Notes: a model not told the origin generated them from the letters alone. A stretch of 60,079 nt of DNA, filler included, from 9 parts of 9 records of this genome joined end to end with filler, not necessarily neighbours in it; one strand, 5' to 3'. Positions 8,741 to 19,878 are shown, numbered from the whole stretch's first letter. Translations and numbers: made by a program.

Positions 8741-9109
8741 ATGAAAGAAAACGTGGCCATATTGGGTGCCAGTCAGAAGACGGAACGCTATTCATATAAA
8801 GCTCTCAAGATGCTGGAAGAACACGATCACCGTGTTTATCCCGTGCATCCTGCCCTCGAAGAGATCGAGGGGCATAAGGTATACAGCACTCTGTCCGAGA
8901 TCGACGACAAGATCGACACCCTGACCGTTTACGTCAGCCCCAAATGGATCAAGGATATGATCCCCGCCATACTCGAACTGAAGCCGGGACGGGTCATCCT
9001 GAATCCGGGTACCGAATCGGAGGAACTGAAGGCCGAGCTGGCGGCCGCAGGCATCCCCTATCAGGAGGCCTGCACACTGGTTCTGTTAAGGACCGGCCAG
9101 TTCGCCTGA
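8741..9109 (+). CDS. CoA-binding protein (YccU-like)
   Basis: VAILGASQKTERYS, VYPVHP, NPGTES, ACTLV; AGGAG RBS. Confidence 0.9.
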   Translation: MKENVAILGASQKTERYSYKALKMLEEHDHRVYPVHPALEEIEGHKVYSTLSEIDDKIDTLTVYVSPKWIKDMIPAILELKPGRVILNPGTESEELKAELAAAGIPYQEACTLVLLRTGQFA

Positions 9110-9112
9110 TTT

Positions 9113-10816
9113 CTATCTTTCGGGAAGCCCGGACAGGGCTTCCTCCAACAGATCCCGGCTCAGGATTTCCGGAAGGATCTGAGGCTCCTCACCGGGAAGA
9201 TAAAGAATATAGAGAGGCACTCCGGCTCGCCCGAAACGGTAGATCCATTCCATAGCCACAGGATTGCTCACCGTAAGATCCGCTTTCATCCTCCGAACCC
9301 CCTTTCCTTCGAAAAGGCTCAACACATCATCCGCATTCAGGACGGTCTTCTCATTCACCTTGCAGCTGGTACACCATTCGGCTGAGAAGGCCAGGAAAAG
9401 CGGCTCATCCGGGCCCGCTTCTATCTCGTCCGGTGCGAACTCCTCCCAGTTCCCCTTTGGAAGCATCGGAGAATCTGCATCTTCGAAATCCAGCAGAAAG
9501 TACCCGGAAACCAGGATCAGCAGGAGGGGGAGGATGCGGAAGACCCGTCTCCACAGCTTTTTGCGACTGCTTCTGCCGCTCCATCCCCATATCCAGGCGC
9601 TGAGAGTGAGGACCAGAAGGAACCAGAGCATGGATGAGAATCCCGCTCCGATCTGCCTGATCAGTGTACCGCTCAAGTAGACGACCGTTGCTATGAGCAG
9701 AAAGGCCATCCCCTCTCTGAAGCGGTCCATCCATTTTCCCGGTTGGGGGAGGATCCTGAAGAAGCCGGGGAAGAATCCCAGAAGGAGGAAGGGCAGGGAG
9801 AGTCCCAGACCCGTCAGGGTCATAATCAGAAAAATGACGAGTGCGGACTGGGAGAAGGCGAATCCCATGGCGCTGCCCAGGAAGGGGGCCGTACAGGGGG
9901 TCGCCACGAATACGGCGAATACGCCTGTGAAAAAGGAGCCCGTATATCCCTTGCGCCTCGATAGCTGGTCGGCTTTGTTCATCCCCGAAGACGGTGGAAT
10001 CAGGATAAAAACCTCGAACAGGGAAAGGGCGAACAAGTAGATTATCCCGATCAGAACGGCCAGAAAGAGGGGACTCTGAAATTGGAAACCCCATCCCAGC
10101 AGCCGCCCGGACTGCTGGAGGATCACGATGACAAGAGATAGGATCCAAAAGGAAGCCAGTATGCCGGCCGTATAATAGAGGCCGTGTCGGATAAGAACCG
10201 CTTTCCTTTCACCGCTCTGGCCGATCAGGTTCATCGCCTTCACAGAGAGCAGGGGGAGGACGCAGGGCATCAGATTCAACAGGAAGCCGCCTGCCAGGGC
10301 CATGAGCAGGAAAACCCAAAGGGGGGAACCGGCCTGTTTTACCGGCTGTCCCGATACGCTCAGGGAGAAGGGCATCTCATGGGAGGAGGGGAAATAACAG
10401 ATGCCCTCCTCGTCGCAGAGCTGATAGTGCAGTGTTATGGCCCCGGTCAGTTCTCCCTCCGGCACGCTTTCGGATATTCTCATTTCAAGGCCGAGCTCAG
10501 CGCTGTGGTAGTACTGGATAAGACCGGCCTCATCCACTTTCCCTTCGGGATAGAGGGTGGAACCGAATAGGATCTGTCTGTTTTCATCGACCCCTATTTT
10601 GAAATTATCAGGGTCATGGGTCTGATGATAGCCCTCGGGAAAGATAATCCGAACGGTGAGAAGGGCCGTTTCTCCGGGACGGTATGACTCCTTATCCAAT
10701 GCCAGGGAAAACTCTGGCGAGGGAGGAGCCTGAATCCCCGGCAGGGATAATTGGGCGGGGAGGGCCGACGCAATCAATAAAAATAACAGGCCTGCAATGT
10801 ATACTGTTTTATTCAT
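9113..10816 (-). CDS. dsbD: Thiol:disulfide interchange protein DsbD family
   Basis: N-domain LCDEEGICY, TM LNLMPCVLP and ATPCTAP, thioredoxin WCTSC. Start placed at MNKTVY (10816). Confidence 0.9.
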   Translation of the reverse strand: MNKTVYIAGLLFLLIASALPAQLSLPGIQAPPSPEFSLALDKESYRPGETALLTVRIIFPEGYHQTHDPDNFKIGVDENRQILFGSTLYPEGKVDEAGLIQYYHSAELGLEMRISESVPEGELTGAITLHYQLCDEEGICYFPSSHEMPFSLSVSGQPVKQAGSPLWVFLLMALAGGFLLNLMPCVLPLLSVKAMNLIGQSGERKAVLIRHGLYYTAGILASFWILSLVIVILQQSGRLLGWGFQFQSPLFLAVLIGIIYLFALSLFEVFILIPPSSGMNKADQLSRRKGYTGSFFTGVFAVFVATPCTAPFLGSAMGFAFSQSALVIFLIMTLTGLGLSLPFLLLGFFPGFFRILPQPGKWMDRFREGMAFLLIATVVYLSGTLIRQIGAGFSSMLWFLLVLTLSAWIWGWSGRSSRKKLWRRVFRILPLLLILVSGYFLLDFEDADSPMLPKGNWEEFAPDEIEAGPDEPLFLAFSAEWCTSCKVNEKTVLNADDVLSLFEGKGVRRMKADLTVSNPVAMEWIYRFGRAGVPLYILYLPGEEPQILPEILSRDLLEEALSGLPER

Positions 10817-10922
10817 ATATAGGAATATAATTAAGTATGATGCAGAAATCAATATTGACCGTTGCGAATAAGGCTGTTACATTAGGCTATATTATTGAAT
10901 GAGAAGGTATTAAAGAAAACAA

Positions 10923-12090
10923 ATGGCTGAAGAACTATCGTACATTCTAATCACACCCTATACGATTGCCAAATCCAGAACGGGAGGCGTTCTTTCGCGC
11001 CTCCTTTCAAGAATCGACCTTGATCTGATCGGAGCTCAGATATTCGCTCCCACCCAGGAACTGACAGAGGCCTACGCTGCGTCGCTCTACAAACAGGCTC
11101 AGAAAACCAACTCGGTCAGTCCCCGTCTCTTAAGCGACTTCGTCCTCAAGACCTTCGCCCCTTCCGAGGGAAGGCGCCACAGGGTCATGCTGCTCCTTTT
11201 CAAGGGGGAAGAGGCCTGCCGCAAGCTGTCGGATATTGCCGGCGCTCTTTATGCCGAAAACCGGAGCATCGAGTCGGTTACCGGTGAAACCATACGCGAT
11301 ACCTATGCGGACTTCGTAACCGATGCGGACGGCAATGTCCTTTATTTCGAGCCCGCCGTAATGACCCCCAGGGCCCAGAGCACGGCCATTGAAAACATGA
11401 AGCTCTTCGCTCCCTTTATGAAGAGCGAAGCCAATATCGTTGAGAACGTGGTCTACCCCGCCCATGCCAAGGTGGAGAGAACCCTGGTCATTATCAAACC
11501 CGACAACTGGAAATACGCCAGTTCCAGGCCCGGTACGATCATCGATATGTTCAGCCGAACGGGACTGCGCCTGATCGGCTGCAAGAAGTATCAGATGAGC
11601 GTGGAAGAGGCTCTTGAGTTCTATGGACCCGTTAAGGATGCCCTTATCAGCAAACTGGGGCCCATGCTCGGCATGCGCGCCAAGTCGGTGCTGGAGAAGG
11701 AGTTCAATCTTCCCCTCTCTGAAGAGCTGGACAAGACCCTGCAGGATAGCTTCGGTGTGGAGTACGCCACCGACCAGTTCAACAAGATAGTAGAGTTTAT
11801 GTCAGGCACCCGTCCCGACAAATGCCCGGATGAGGAACTGGCCAGCCCCGGTAAGGTGAAGTGCATGGTCCTGATCTACGAAGGCGAAAACGCCGTCGAG
11901 AAGATCCGGGACGTACTCGGGCCCACCGATCCGACCAAGGCTCCCGGGGGAACGGTTCGCCGCGAGTTCGGACACGATGTTATGGTGAACACCGCTCATG
12001 CCTCCGACTCTCCCGATAATGCCAAACGCGAGATGAAGATCGTCAAGATCCAGAAGAACAACTGCGGCAAGCTTATGAATGAGTTCCTGG
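10923..12090 (+). CDS. ndk: Nucleoside-diphosphate kinase, long form with two NDK-like domains (3' partial)
   Basis: Second half has ERTLVIIKPD...GPTDPTKAPGGTVR...NTAHASDS; first half is a degenerate NDK-like domain. Confidence 0.85.
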
Positions 12091-12247
12091 NNNNNNNNNN
12101 NNNNNNNNNNNNNNNNNNNNNNNNNNNNNNNNNNTTAATTAATTAANNNNNNNNNNNNNNNNNNNNNNNNNNNNNNNNNNNNNNNNNNNNGTTTACACCG
12201 GCCCCGGCCAAAACGGAAACCGCATAAGGCCTAGTTAAATTTGCACT

Positions 12248-12282
12248 AAAAGGGCAGCCCCAAACCAAGGGGGCTGCCTTTT
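12248..12282. terminator. Bidirectional intrinsic terminator
   Basis: AAAAGGGCAGCCCC-loop-GGGGCTGCCTTTT; a second hairpin TGCCAAACTCCC...GGGAGTTTGGCA follows. Confidence 0.7.
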
Positions 12283-12378
12283 CTCTATTGCCAAACTCCC
12301 AGCACACCGTGGGGAGTTTGGCACAATAAGTTGCCTAACCTTATGAACCCGGGCCCGATTAATCCGATTGGGCGGATG

Positions 12379-15300
12379 TCAGAATTCATAACGCAGTCCC
12401 CCTGACAACTGAGAGGCCTTGAAATCACCACTTCTCTCTCCGTCATAACGAAGGTGCATGCTGAAGCCGGATTTGCTCAGCAGCATGATGCCGGCTCCGA
12501 TTAAGATCCCGTTCTGATCGATATCCCGGCTTTTTGTTGTAAAAGAGGTGGCTGGAGCATCTTCGAAGCAGACCGTGATATTGCGGCTGTCCACATCATA
12601 GTTGTGGCGCCAGGCCAAACTGATTTCCGGGATGAATATCCACGCCCCCTCTTCATAGGGCTTGGTCAGGCGCACCCCTATATCTGAAATCAGCGCATCC
12701 GTCTCCTGGTCATCATAAACCAGGTTTAACCCGCTGGTGCCGGACTCCCGGTAAGCGTCTTCATATAAACGACTGTACTGAAAAGCGGCAAACGGCTGTA
12801 ACATCAAATTATTCATCTCAACATTGTATCCGGCCTGGGCATACAGCGAGTAGAGATTTCCATCATGGTTGCTGAAGGCGCTATCGTTAGTACCGCCAAT
12901 TTGAATCTGGCGTACACTATCAATGGATTCTCTTGCGTAGGAGAAAGCAAAATCCAGATAGTATTTATCGCTATACATACTGCCGTAGAGGGAAAACATG
13001 GTGCTTTGAATCTCACTTCCCCCCCTTTCTTCATTAAGATCAACCGTGGTATTGGATTGACCGTAACTTAACCCTCCGAGCAACCCATCCTTAAAAAGCC
13101 GGTCCAGACCAATGACACCGCCTGTGAGCTCATAATCGAATCCGGTGAACCCTTGGTTTGTATCCTGGTCTGCAAATTCGGCAAACCCCTCGGCCCATAG
13201 ACTATAGGGCAATGACTGCTGTGCACCGGGTATCACGCCGGATGTGTCCAGGTATGAACGGATGCTGTGGATCCGCTTTACAAGTGTCTGGGTATATCGT
13301 TGTGCCGCCTCAAACGTCGTTGTGGTTGAGGCATCTAAGGATTCGGGGCTTAAATTGTCGTATGCCTTGCCGATGGATTCTTCGTCCGGGAGGGTGAATA
13401 GTTCGGAGAGCAGCCGGGCCGATTCCTTTGACCCTCCGGCGAGCTGCAGTCGGTTGAGGGCCTTGCCGATGGTTCTTTGATTCTGGTTGAATGATTTTAC
13501 TTTTGGTGAATAATCAATGGTGGTCCGAATCGATAGTTCTCCTGGATTTGGTTGGGACAGTTCGCAATCAACCAATGGGGAGTTGAGGAAAAGAAGGGTT
13601 AAACCGGAATCTACAAGGTCTTCATCACTTGAATAGATTGTATGCTGAAGTGCTCCGGGTTTGGCCCAACCGGAATTGACCATCGCTATTGTCAGGGCTC
13701 CATCAAGGGTTGAGCTGCCACTGACATCTAAATGATCTGCCTTTTCGGTTTTTAAATCCAGATCAACGTACAGATTGCCGGAATTTGTCTGCACAAGGTC
13801 ACCGGTTAAATTCGTTTTTATGACGGTTCCGGGGCCTCCAGGAGACAATGTCCCTGAATTTGTAAGGACACGACCATTTCCCAAATGGGCATTGGTACCC
13901 GAATTAAAGATAGATCCTGACCGGTTTGTGAAGGTATTATCGCCTGAGCCAAGGTTCACACTGCCGGTAATCGTTCCGTGGTTGTGAATGGTTTCATTGC
14001 CGCTTTCAGCGATAATGGCCGATCCACTGGCGGCTGAAATATATCCCCGGTTGGTCAGTGTATTATCCGTTCCGTTTTTAATAACAATCCCGCTGGCCGA
14101 TCCAGAACCACCCTGGACACCGCCACCATCAATGCTGATGGTCACCCGGCCAGCACCGTTGAGCCCTACGCTTTGGGCCACGATGCCATGGGCATCTTCT
14201 CCTTGAACACGGATGTCCCCATTGATGCGGACATCAACCGCAGCACCGATTCCAAGATAGGTAATGTCGTCATTCTCCCCCTGCCGGCCTCCGGCGCTCT
14301 GGGCAAAAAGACCGTGGGCCGAACTGCCGGATGTCAACACATCCCCGGTAAGGGAAATATCGACAGCACCGGCCGAACCCAGTCCGCCTACGGTGCCGGC
14401 AAATCCCGGGCCCAGCTCGGTATCACCGGTCACACCCCCGCCGCCGCCCACACTCTGAGCAAAAACGGCTATTGCGCCCGGGCCATGGGTGATGATTGAA
14501 CCATGACTTTCAATCTTTACCAGGCCACCGTTACCGCCGCCGCCCCCGTCCCTGGCCAACCCGAGTCCGATTCCAAAGTCAAGCAATCCCCTATCCACAT
14601 TACCGGCGATGCCGCCGCCGCCACCGACACTTTGGGCCACAAGCCCGTTGGATGCCGCACCCCAGGTTTCGATCCGACCATTGTGGTTTATTTTTACCTC
14701 TCTTCCATCACCGGCGGCACCGCCTTCTCCGCCAATACCGATGACGCCGACAAGCCCAAGAGCGGCTTTACCGCCGATGCCGCCACCGCCGCCGACGCTT
14801 TGGGCAAATATACCATTGGACCCCTTCCCAAAGGTTGTGATGGCGCCGTGGTTGATCACCTCAACATTTTGTCCGTCACCACAGCTGCCTGCGGATCCAC
14901 CGACCACAATCTGGAGATCCTCCAATCCTTTTAAGGGAGTGAATTCAAGCAGCACTTCAGCGATGGAGGGGGCTAAATCATCTATTTCCCCGAGAAAGTC
15001 CAGGGGGATGCCATGGGCGGCATCCCCGCCGACGCCGCCACCCCCGCCAACGCTCTGGGCGAAGATGGCGTCGGCCTCATCACCAAGGGTTATGATCCGG
15101 CCGGTATTGTTGATGTCCACCACACCTCCGTTGCTGGCACCGCCTCCGTTTCCACCCACAGCGACATTCATTGTTTTAAAAAAATCCTGGGCAAAAGATG
15201 CCAGGCGCTCCTTGAGCTTTTTTTTGCCAGTCCCGGGGATCCAGTCTTTGGGATTTAAATCCACGGTCAGCGCCCGGGCACTGCCGCCGCTACCGCCGCC

Positions 15301-18300
15301 GCCGCCCACACTTTGGGCGAATATGCCCCGGGAGCCATGATCCAATGTAATGATGCTGCCGCTGTTCAATACATCTGCCTTACCGCCATGACTGCCCTTA
15401 CCGCCGCTGCCGCCAACGGCTACACTGACATTTACCGGTTGTTTTGCTTCCTTTTTTTTTCCCTCCTCATCCGTACTGCCATCCAACTCCAGGGTCACAG
15501 TTGCCGAAAGACTGGAACCGCCGTTGCCGCCGCCCCCTCCGGTGCTCTGGGCCAGGATGCCGTGGGACAGGGTCCCAAGGGTGGTAATGGCAGAGACATT
15601 ATCCACATCCACGGTGCCGGCGAAGTTGCCGTCACCGCCGCCGCCGCCCACGGCGACACCGATGTTCCAATTGGCCCCTTTTTCGTTGGAGACGCCGAAG
15701 TTTGCTGCGACGCTGTCACCGCCATTGCCACCGCCACCGCCAATGCTCTGAGCCCGGATACCGCTGGCATTGTTTCCCGAGGTGGTGATGACATTTTTAT
15801 TGATGACGGTCACTGCCTGACCATATCCGCCGTTGCCGCCGGAACCTCCCACGCCAACGGAGAGATTTTTGGTCTGGGCGCCGCCAAAGGTGCCCGTCAG
15901 ACTGGTTCCGCCGTTGCCGCCACCGCCCCCGATGGACTGGCCAACGATGCCGGAGGCCGTATCACCGGTGACAAAGACCGCATCCTCATTGGTGATGGTT
16001 ACGGTGTTGCCAAAGCCGCCCTCACCGCCCTCACCTCCAATACTAACCCCTATATTCAAGGTTTTGGGTTCCTGCTCCTTGGATCCCGTCGAGAGGCCGG
16101 CCTGTCCGACTATGGCCATGTCGCCATTGCCGCCCCCACCGCCAACCGACTGGCCAATGATGCCGTGGGCGCCATTCCCTCGGGTAAAGACCTGACCACC
16201 GGTATGGTTGGTGATTCTCACCATGCCGGCTTCGTTACCGCTGCCCCCGCCGCCGCCGACGGAGACTCCCGCTGCTGCAGATTTTTCGGTGGCGACCACC
16301 AGCTGACCGGTCAAAGCCAATCCGCCGTTGCCGCCGCTGCCGCCGATGCTCTGGCCGAATAGTCCATGGGATTCAGTCCCAAAGGTGTTAATTTTTCCAT
16401 AGTTATTGATTTCGACATTGCGGGCAATATTGCCGTTACCCCCGCCACCGCCTATTGTTACGCCTGCACTTCCTGAATTCTTGGTCAAGCTGAGATTCCC
16501 GGATACGGCCAGGCCGCCGTTGCCCCCGCCGCCGCCGACGCTTTGGGCAAAAATACCATTGGCATGTTCGCCAAGGGTGGTTATGTCGGTGTGGTTATCG
16601 GCATCCACCAGGTTCCCCTCACCGCCATTGCCGCCGCTGCCGCCGACAGCCACCGAAACATTCAGGTTTGTCCCGGCACTGAAACCGGCCGAACCGCTGA
16701 AGGCAAAGCCGCCGTCACCGCCGCCGCCGCCAATGCTTTGGGCGTGGATACCGTCCGAGCCATCTTCAAGGGTAATGATGGAACGGCCCTGGCTGATTAC
16801 CCGGACCTCGCCGCTGTCACCACCGTTACTCCCGGAGCCGCCGATGGAAACGCCCAAGGCTCCGCCGCTGCCCACGGCCACGGCCAGGCTGCCGGCGAAC
16901 CCGCCGTCACCGCCGCCGCCGCCGATACTCTGCGCATAAAGGGCATGGGCTCCCAGGCCCTCGGTCAGGATGAGGCCGTCTTGGATATCGAGGGTTACAT
17001 TGCCGCCGCGGCTGGCCCCTCCCCCTTTGCCGCCGACGGATATGGCTGCAGCACCGGCCGGAATCCCCTCCACCGATACTGCCAGGGCACCGGAGAGTGC
17101 AAATCCGCCATTGCCCCCGCCACCGCCCACGCTTTGCCCGAAAATACCGTGGGATTTGTTTCCGGCTGTGGTGATGTCGCCTGAATGCTCAACAACTACC
17201 GCCCCACTATCATTTCCGTCGCCTCCGGCCCCGCCGACGGATGTTGAGACGGCCAGCACACCGGCGCTGCCTGCCAGGGCAGATCCGCCGTTACCCCCGC
17301 CACCCCCCACACTCTGGGCCAAAATACCGATTGCGCTGTCGCCTTCCGTATCAATGGTATTGGTATTGATCACTTCCACCGAGCCACTTGAACCGCCGGC
17401 TCCGCCCTTTCCGCCGAGCCCCACGCTGGCTGATCCTCCGCCAACAGCAAATGTTCCGGTAAAGCCGCCGTTGCCGCCACCCCCGCCGACGCTCTGGGCT
17501 AAAATGCCTGTGGACAATTTTTCAATCGTTGTTATGGCGGCTGCATTATTGACAATCACCCGTTTACCGTCACCGGCTACACCGCCTTTCCCGCCGATGC
17601 CGACCGACACGTTTAAGGCACCGCCCGAGGCTGTATAGGCGGAGCCACCATTGCCGCCGCCCCCGCCGATGCTCTGGGCGGAAATACCTATGGCGTTAAT
17701 TCCAGCGGTATCAATGTCCGTTGAATTTGAAGTGTTGATGGTGACGGTTTCACCGGCATTTCCGCCGCCGCCTCCATTTCCGCCAAGCGCAATGGAAGCT
17801 GAAATGGGGCTTGAGGTAGAAATGGAGCCACTGACAGCCAATCCGCCTTTTCCACCCCCTCCGCCGATGGATTGTCCATGAATACCATGGGCATCATTGC
17901 CCTGGGTGTCGATATCGCTGCCTGCAGCTGCAATCTCCACATCATGGCCGTCCCCTCCCAGGCCGCCATCCCCGCCGACCGCAACACTGATCCCTGACCC
18001 AAAACTGATGGCATCCCCTCCGTTACCGCCACCGCCGCCGATGGACTGGGCAAATATTGCCGTGGACCGGTCTCCAATGGTTTGCACGGATCCGGCATCC
18101 AGGATGGTAACCTTGTTGGCGTTCCCGCCTGAACCGGCTTTGCCCCCCACAGTAAACAAACCGCCGGCATCGCCGCCGTCTCCGCCGCCGCCGCCAATTG
18201 ACTGCGCCAGCAGGCCAACGGCATCGCTGTTTTTCGTCTCCACAAGACCACTATTGTTGACGGTCACCCGGGCACCGTCGGAATACCCGCCCCCATTGCC

Positions 18301-19419
18301 GCCGATGGCGACAAATCCGCCTGAATCGCTGCCTGATCCCGCACCGGCACCCAGACTGATTGCATGGATCCCATTGGCTCCTGCGCCGCTTGTAAGGATT
18401 GAACCATCATTGTCCACCATGACATTTCCCGCATCGCCGCCGCTGCCTCCTTTGGAGCCCAATGCCACTAGAGAGGAGGGATTTCCTCCTGATCCACCGT
18501 CGCCACCGTGGCTCTTAGCATAAACGCCGTGGCCTTTTTTCCCATTGGTCACGATGCTGGAATCCTCGCCGAGCCCAACATAGACCAGGGCGCCTTGGCC
18601 CCCGCTGCCGCCGGCACCGGCATCGGATGCGAACAAGCCAAAGGCACCGCCGCCGTTGCCGCCTTTACCCCCCTGGCTGATGGCGCTGATACCTGCTTTT
18701 CCCTCTAAGGTGCTGCTGACCGTGATACCGGCATTGCTGTTGACCGCCACTGAGCCGGCATCGCCGCCGCATTTTCCGTCATCGCACCATGTGTAAAATA
18801 ATATGCTGCTGCAGCCGCCGTTGCCTCCATTTCCGCCAGTCGACTTTACAAATATGCCGTCGGCATTCGTGGTATTAAAGGGTCCATTATTGTTCACCGT
18901 AAGGCTGCCGGTAATAGTCCCGGCGGCATCCTCCGCTTTTGCCGTTAAAAGTTCCGCCAGTTCCAACCCTGTATAATTTTTCGGGCCAATGGTATAGGTG
19001 GGGTCGTCCTCCCCATCTGAAAAGATATAGTCTCCCTCGAACAGAAGCGGAGTCAGCCCGTCCAGAGAAACAACATTTTTCAGGGGATCGGAGGTATCAT
19101 CCGGGTTTATGTCGTAATCCAGGATGACATTAAATTCCACTATGGGCGCATGGGCACCAAAGGTACCGGTGCGTATCAATGCAATACCGACGACATTGTC
19201 ATCAATATTCGTTATGCCGTCCACACCATCCCCGACATTGATGGTATCGACCCCGTTTGTGTAACTGATTCCATTTGCCGGAATGTCGGGATTATGGCTG
19301 ATATCCCCGGCCGCAACGATACTCCAAGCCGGAATTGTAAGCGCTGCTGCCATAAATAAAGCCCGGAAAAATAGCATTAACCTCAGTCGTTTGATTTGGC
19401 TCTCAGATGACGCTTTCAT
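12379..19419 (-). CDS. Giant glycine-rich repeat autotransporter (type Va), probable adhesin
   Basis: N-terminal hydrophobic signal; ~25 repeats centred on (A/G)QS(I/V)GGGGGxGG; LSPGG linker; C-terminal beta-barrel ending GLRYEF. Start placed at ATG 19419 after AGAGGGGG (track start 19458). Confidence 0.92.
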   Translation of the reverse strand: MKASSESQIKRLRLMLFFRALFMAAALTIPAWSIVAAGDISHNPDIPANGISYTNGVDTINVGDGVDGITNIDDNVVGIALIRTGTFGAHAPIVEFNVILDYDINPDDTSDPLKNVVSLDGLTPLLFEGDYIFSDGEDDPTYTIGPKNYTGLELAELLTAKAEDAAGTITGSLTVNNNGPFNTTNADGIFVKSTGGNGGNGGCSSILFYTWCDDGKCGGDAGSVAVNSNAGITVSSTLEGKAGISAISQGGKGGNGGGAFGLFASDAGAGGSGGQGALVYVGLGEDSSIVTNGKKGHGVYAKSHGGDGGSGGNPSSLVALGSKGGSGGDAGNVMVDNDGSILTSGAGANGIHAISLGAGAGSGSDSGGFVAIGGNGGGYSDGARVTVNNSGLVETKNSDAVGLLAQSIGGGGGDGGDAGGLFTVGGKAGSGGNANKVTILDAGSVQTIGDRSTAIFAQSIGGGGGNGGDAISFGSGISVAVGGDGGLGGDGHDVEIAAAGSDIDTQGNDAHGIHGQSIGGGGGKGGLAVSGSISTSSPISASIALGGNGGGGGNAGETVTINTSNSTDIDTAGINAIGISAQSIGGGGGNGGSAYTASGGALNVSVGIGGKGGVAGDGKRVIVNNAAAITTIEKLSTGILAQSVGGGGGNGGFTGTFAVGGGSASVGLGGKGGAGGSSGSVEVINTNTIDTEGDSAIGILAQSVGGGGGNGGSALAGSAGVLAVSTSVGGAGGDGNDSGAVVVEHSGDITTAGNKSHGIFGQSVGGGGGNGGFALSGALAVSVEGIPAGAAAISVGGKGGGASRGGNVTLDIQDGLILTEGLGAHALYAQSIGGGGGDGGFAGSLAVAVGSGGALGVSIGGSGSNGGDSGEVRVISQGRSIITLEDGSDGIHAQSIGGGGGDGGFAFSGSAGFSAGTNLNVSVAVGGSGGNGGEGNLVDADNHTDITTLGEHANGIFAQSVGGGGGNGGLAVSGNLSLTKNSGSAGVTIGGGGGNGNIARNVEINNYGKINTFGTESHGLFGQSIGGSGGNGGLALTGQLVVATEKSAAAGVSVGGGGGSGNEAGMVRITNHTGGQVFTRGNGAHGIIGQSVGGGGGNGDMAIVGQAGLSTGSKEQEPKTLNIGVSIGGEGGEGGFGNTVTITNEDAVFVTGDTASGIVGQSIGGGGGNGGTSLTGTFGGAQTKNLSVGVGGSGGNGGYGQAVTVINKNVITTSGNNASGIRAQSIGGGGGNGGDSVAANFGVSNEKGANWNIGVAVGGGGGDGNFAGTVDVDNVSAITTLGTLSHGILAQSTGGGGGNGGSSLSATVTLELDGSTDEEGKKKEAKQPVNVSVAVGGSGGKGSHGGKADVLNSGSIITLDHGSRGIFAQSVGGGGGSGGSARALTVDLNPKDWIPGTGKKKLKERLASFAQDFFKTMNVAVGGNGGGASNGGVVDINNTGRIITLGDEADAIFAQSVGGGGGVGGDAAHGIPLDFLGEIDDLAPSIAEVLLEFTPLKGLEDLQIVVGGSAGSCGDGQNVEVINHGAITTFGKGSNGIFAQSVGGGGGIGGKAALGLVGVIGIGGEGGAAGDGREVKINHNGRIETWGAASNGLVAQSVGGGGGIAGNVDRGLLDFGIGLGLARDGGGGGNGGLVKIESHGSIITHGPGAIAVFAQSVGGGGGVTGDTELGPGFAGTVGGLGSAGAVDISLTGDVLTSGSSAHGLFAQSAGGRQGENDDITYLGIGAAVDVRINGDIRVQGEDAHGIVAQSVGLNGAGRVTISIDGGGVQGGSGSASGIVIKNGTDNTLTNRGYISAASGSAIIAESGNETIHNHGTITGSVNLGSGDNTFTNRSGSIFNSGTNAHLGNGRVLTNSGTLSPGGPGTVIKTNLTGDLVQTNSGNLYVDLDLKTEKADHLDVSGSSTLDGALTIAMVNSGWAKPGALQHTIYSSDEDLVDSGLTLLFLNSPLVDCELSQPNPGELSIRTTIDYSPKVKSFNQNQRTIGKALNRLQLAGGSKESARLLSELFTLPDEESIGKAYDNLSPESLDASTTTTFEAAQRYTQTLVKRIHSIRSYLDTSGVIPGAQQSLPYSLWAEGFAEFADQDTNQGFTGFDYELTGGVIGLDRLFKDGLLGGLSYGQSNTTVDLNEERGGSEIQSTMFSLYGSMYSDKYYLDFAFSYARESIDSVRQIQIGGTNDSAFSNHDGNLYSLYAQAGYNVEMNNLMLQPFAAFQYSRLYEDAYRESGTSGLNLVYDDQETDALISDIGVRLTKPYEEGAWIFIPEISLAWRHNYDVDSRNITVCFEDAPATSFTTKSRDIDQNGILIGAGIMLLSKSGFSMHLRYDGERSGDFKASQLSGGLRYEF

Positions 19420-19846
19420 TAACCCCCTCTTTTTTAAGCAGATTAATACAGCCTTCATGAATCCAGTGTATGACAGCCTGGATATTGCACTAAATTGAAA
19501 GAAAAAAAGGCAAAACCTTAGGAGATGTTATGGTAGATTTAGTTACTTGCTCAAAATGGGATTTAAGAGGTTGCCACGACATTCTATAGCACGAAAGAGA
19601 TTGAGTTCACAATATGCGGGCACGTGAAATTTATAATTTGACTTTGACGGTGAAAATAGGTGATACCATATTGCAGACCGGCTGCCTTTTTGCGTATGAC
19701 GTATAAACTCCGTTTCCGGTATGATGTTTTTTCACAAGAAGAAAAGTATCTTATGTGACAGATGCACTGGTTTTTTAAATGATTTCTATCCTCCGGTTTG
19801 AGTAAAAGTGAGGAACTTTTAAAAGGAAGCCCTATCCACGAGCATT

Positions 19847-19878
19847 AAAAAAGCTTGGCCTCAAGGCCAAGCTTTTTT
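19847..19878. terminator. Bidirectional terminator downstream of the PEP-CTERM genes
   Basis: AAAAAAGCTTGGCCT-CA-AGGCCAAGCTTTTTT perfect hairpin. Confidence 0.85.

Noticed and set aside
14173-18708. Long Pro-rich and Ala-rich plus-strand ORFs (PPPPP repeats)
   Set aside because: Antisense shadows of the GGC/GGT-rich autotransporter repeats.
19500-19700. GGCAAAACC and GGCAGCCGG fragments suggesting a c-di-GMP-I riboswitch upstream of the autotransporter
   Set aside because: The fragments lie on opposite strands, and the GAAA-tetraloop stem and GCAAAGC core are missing.
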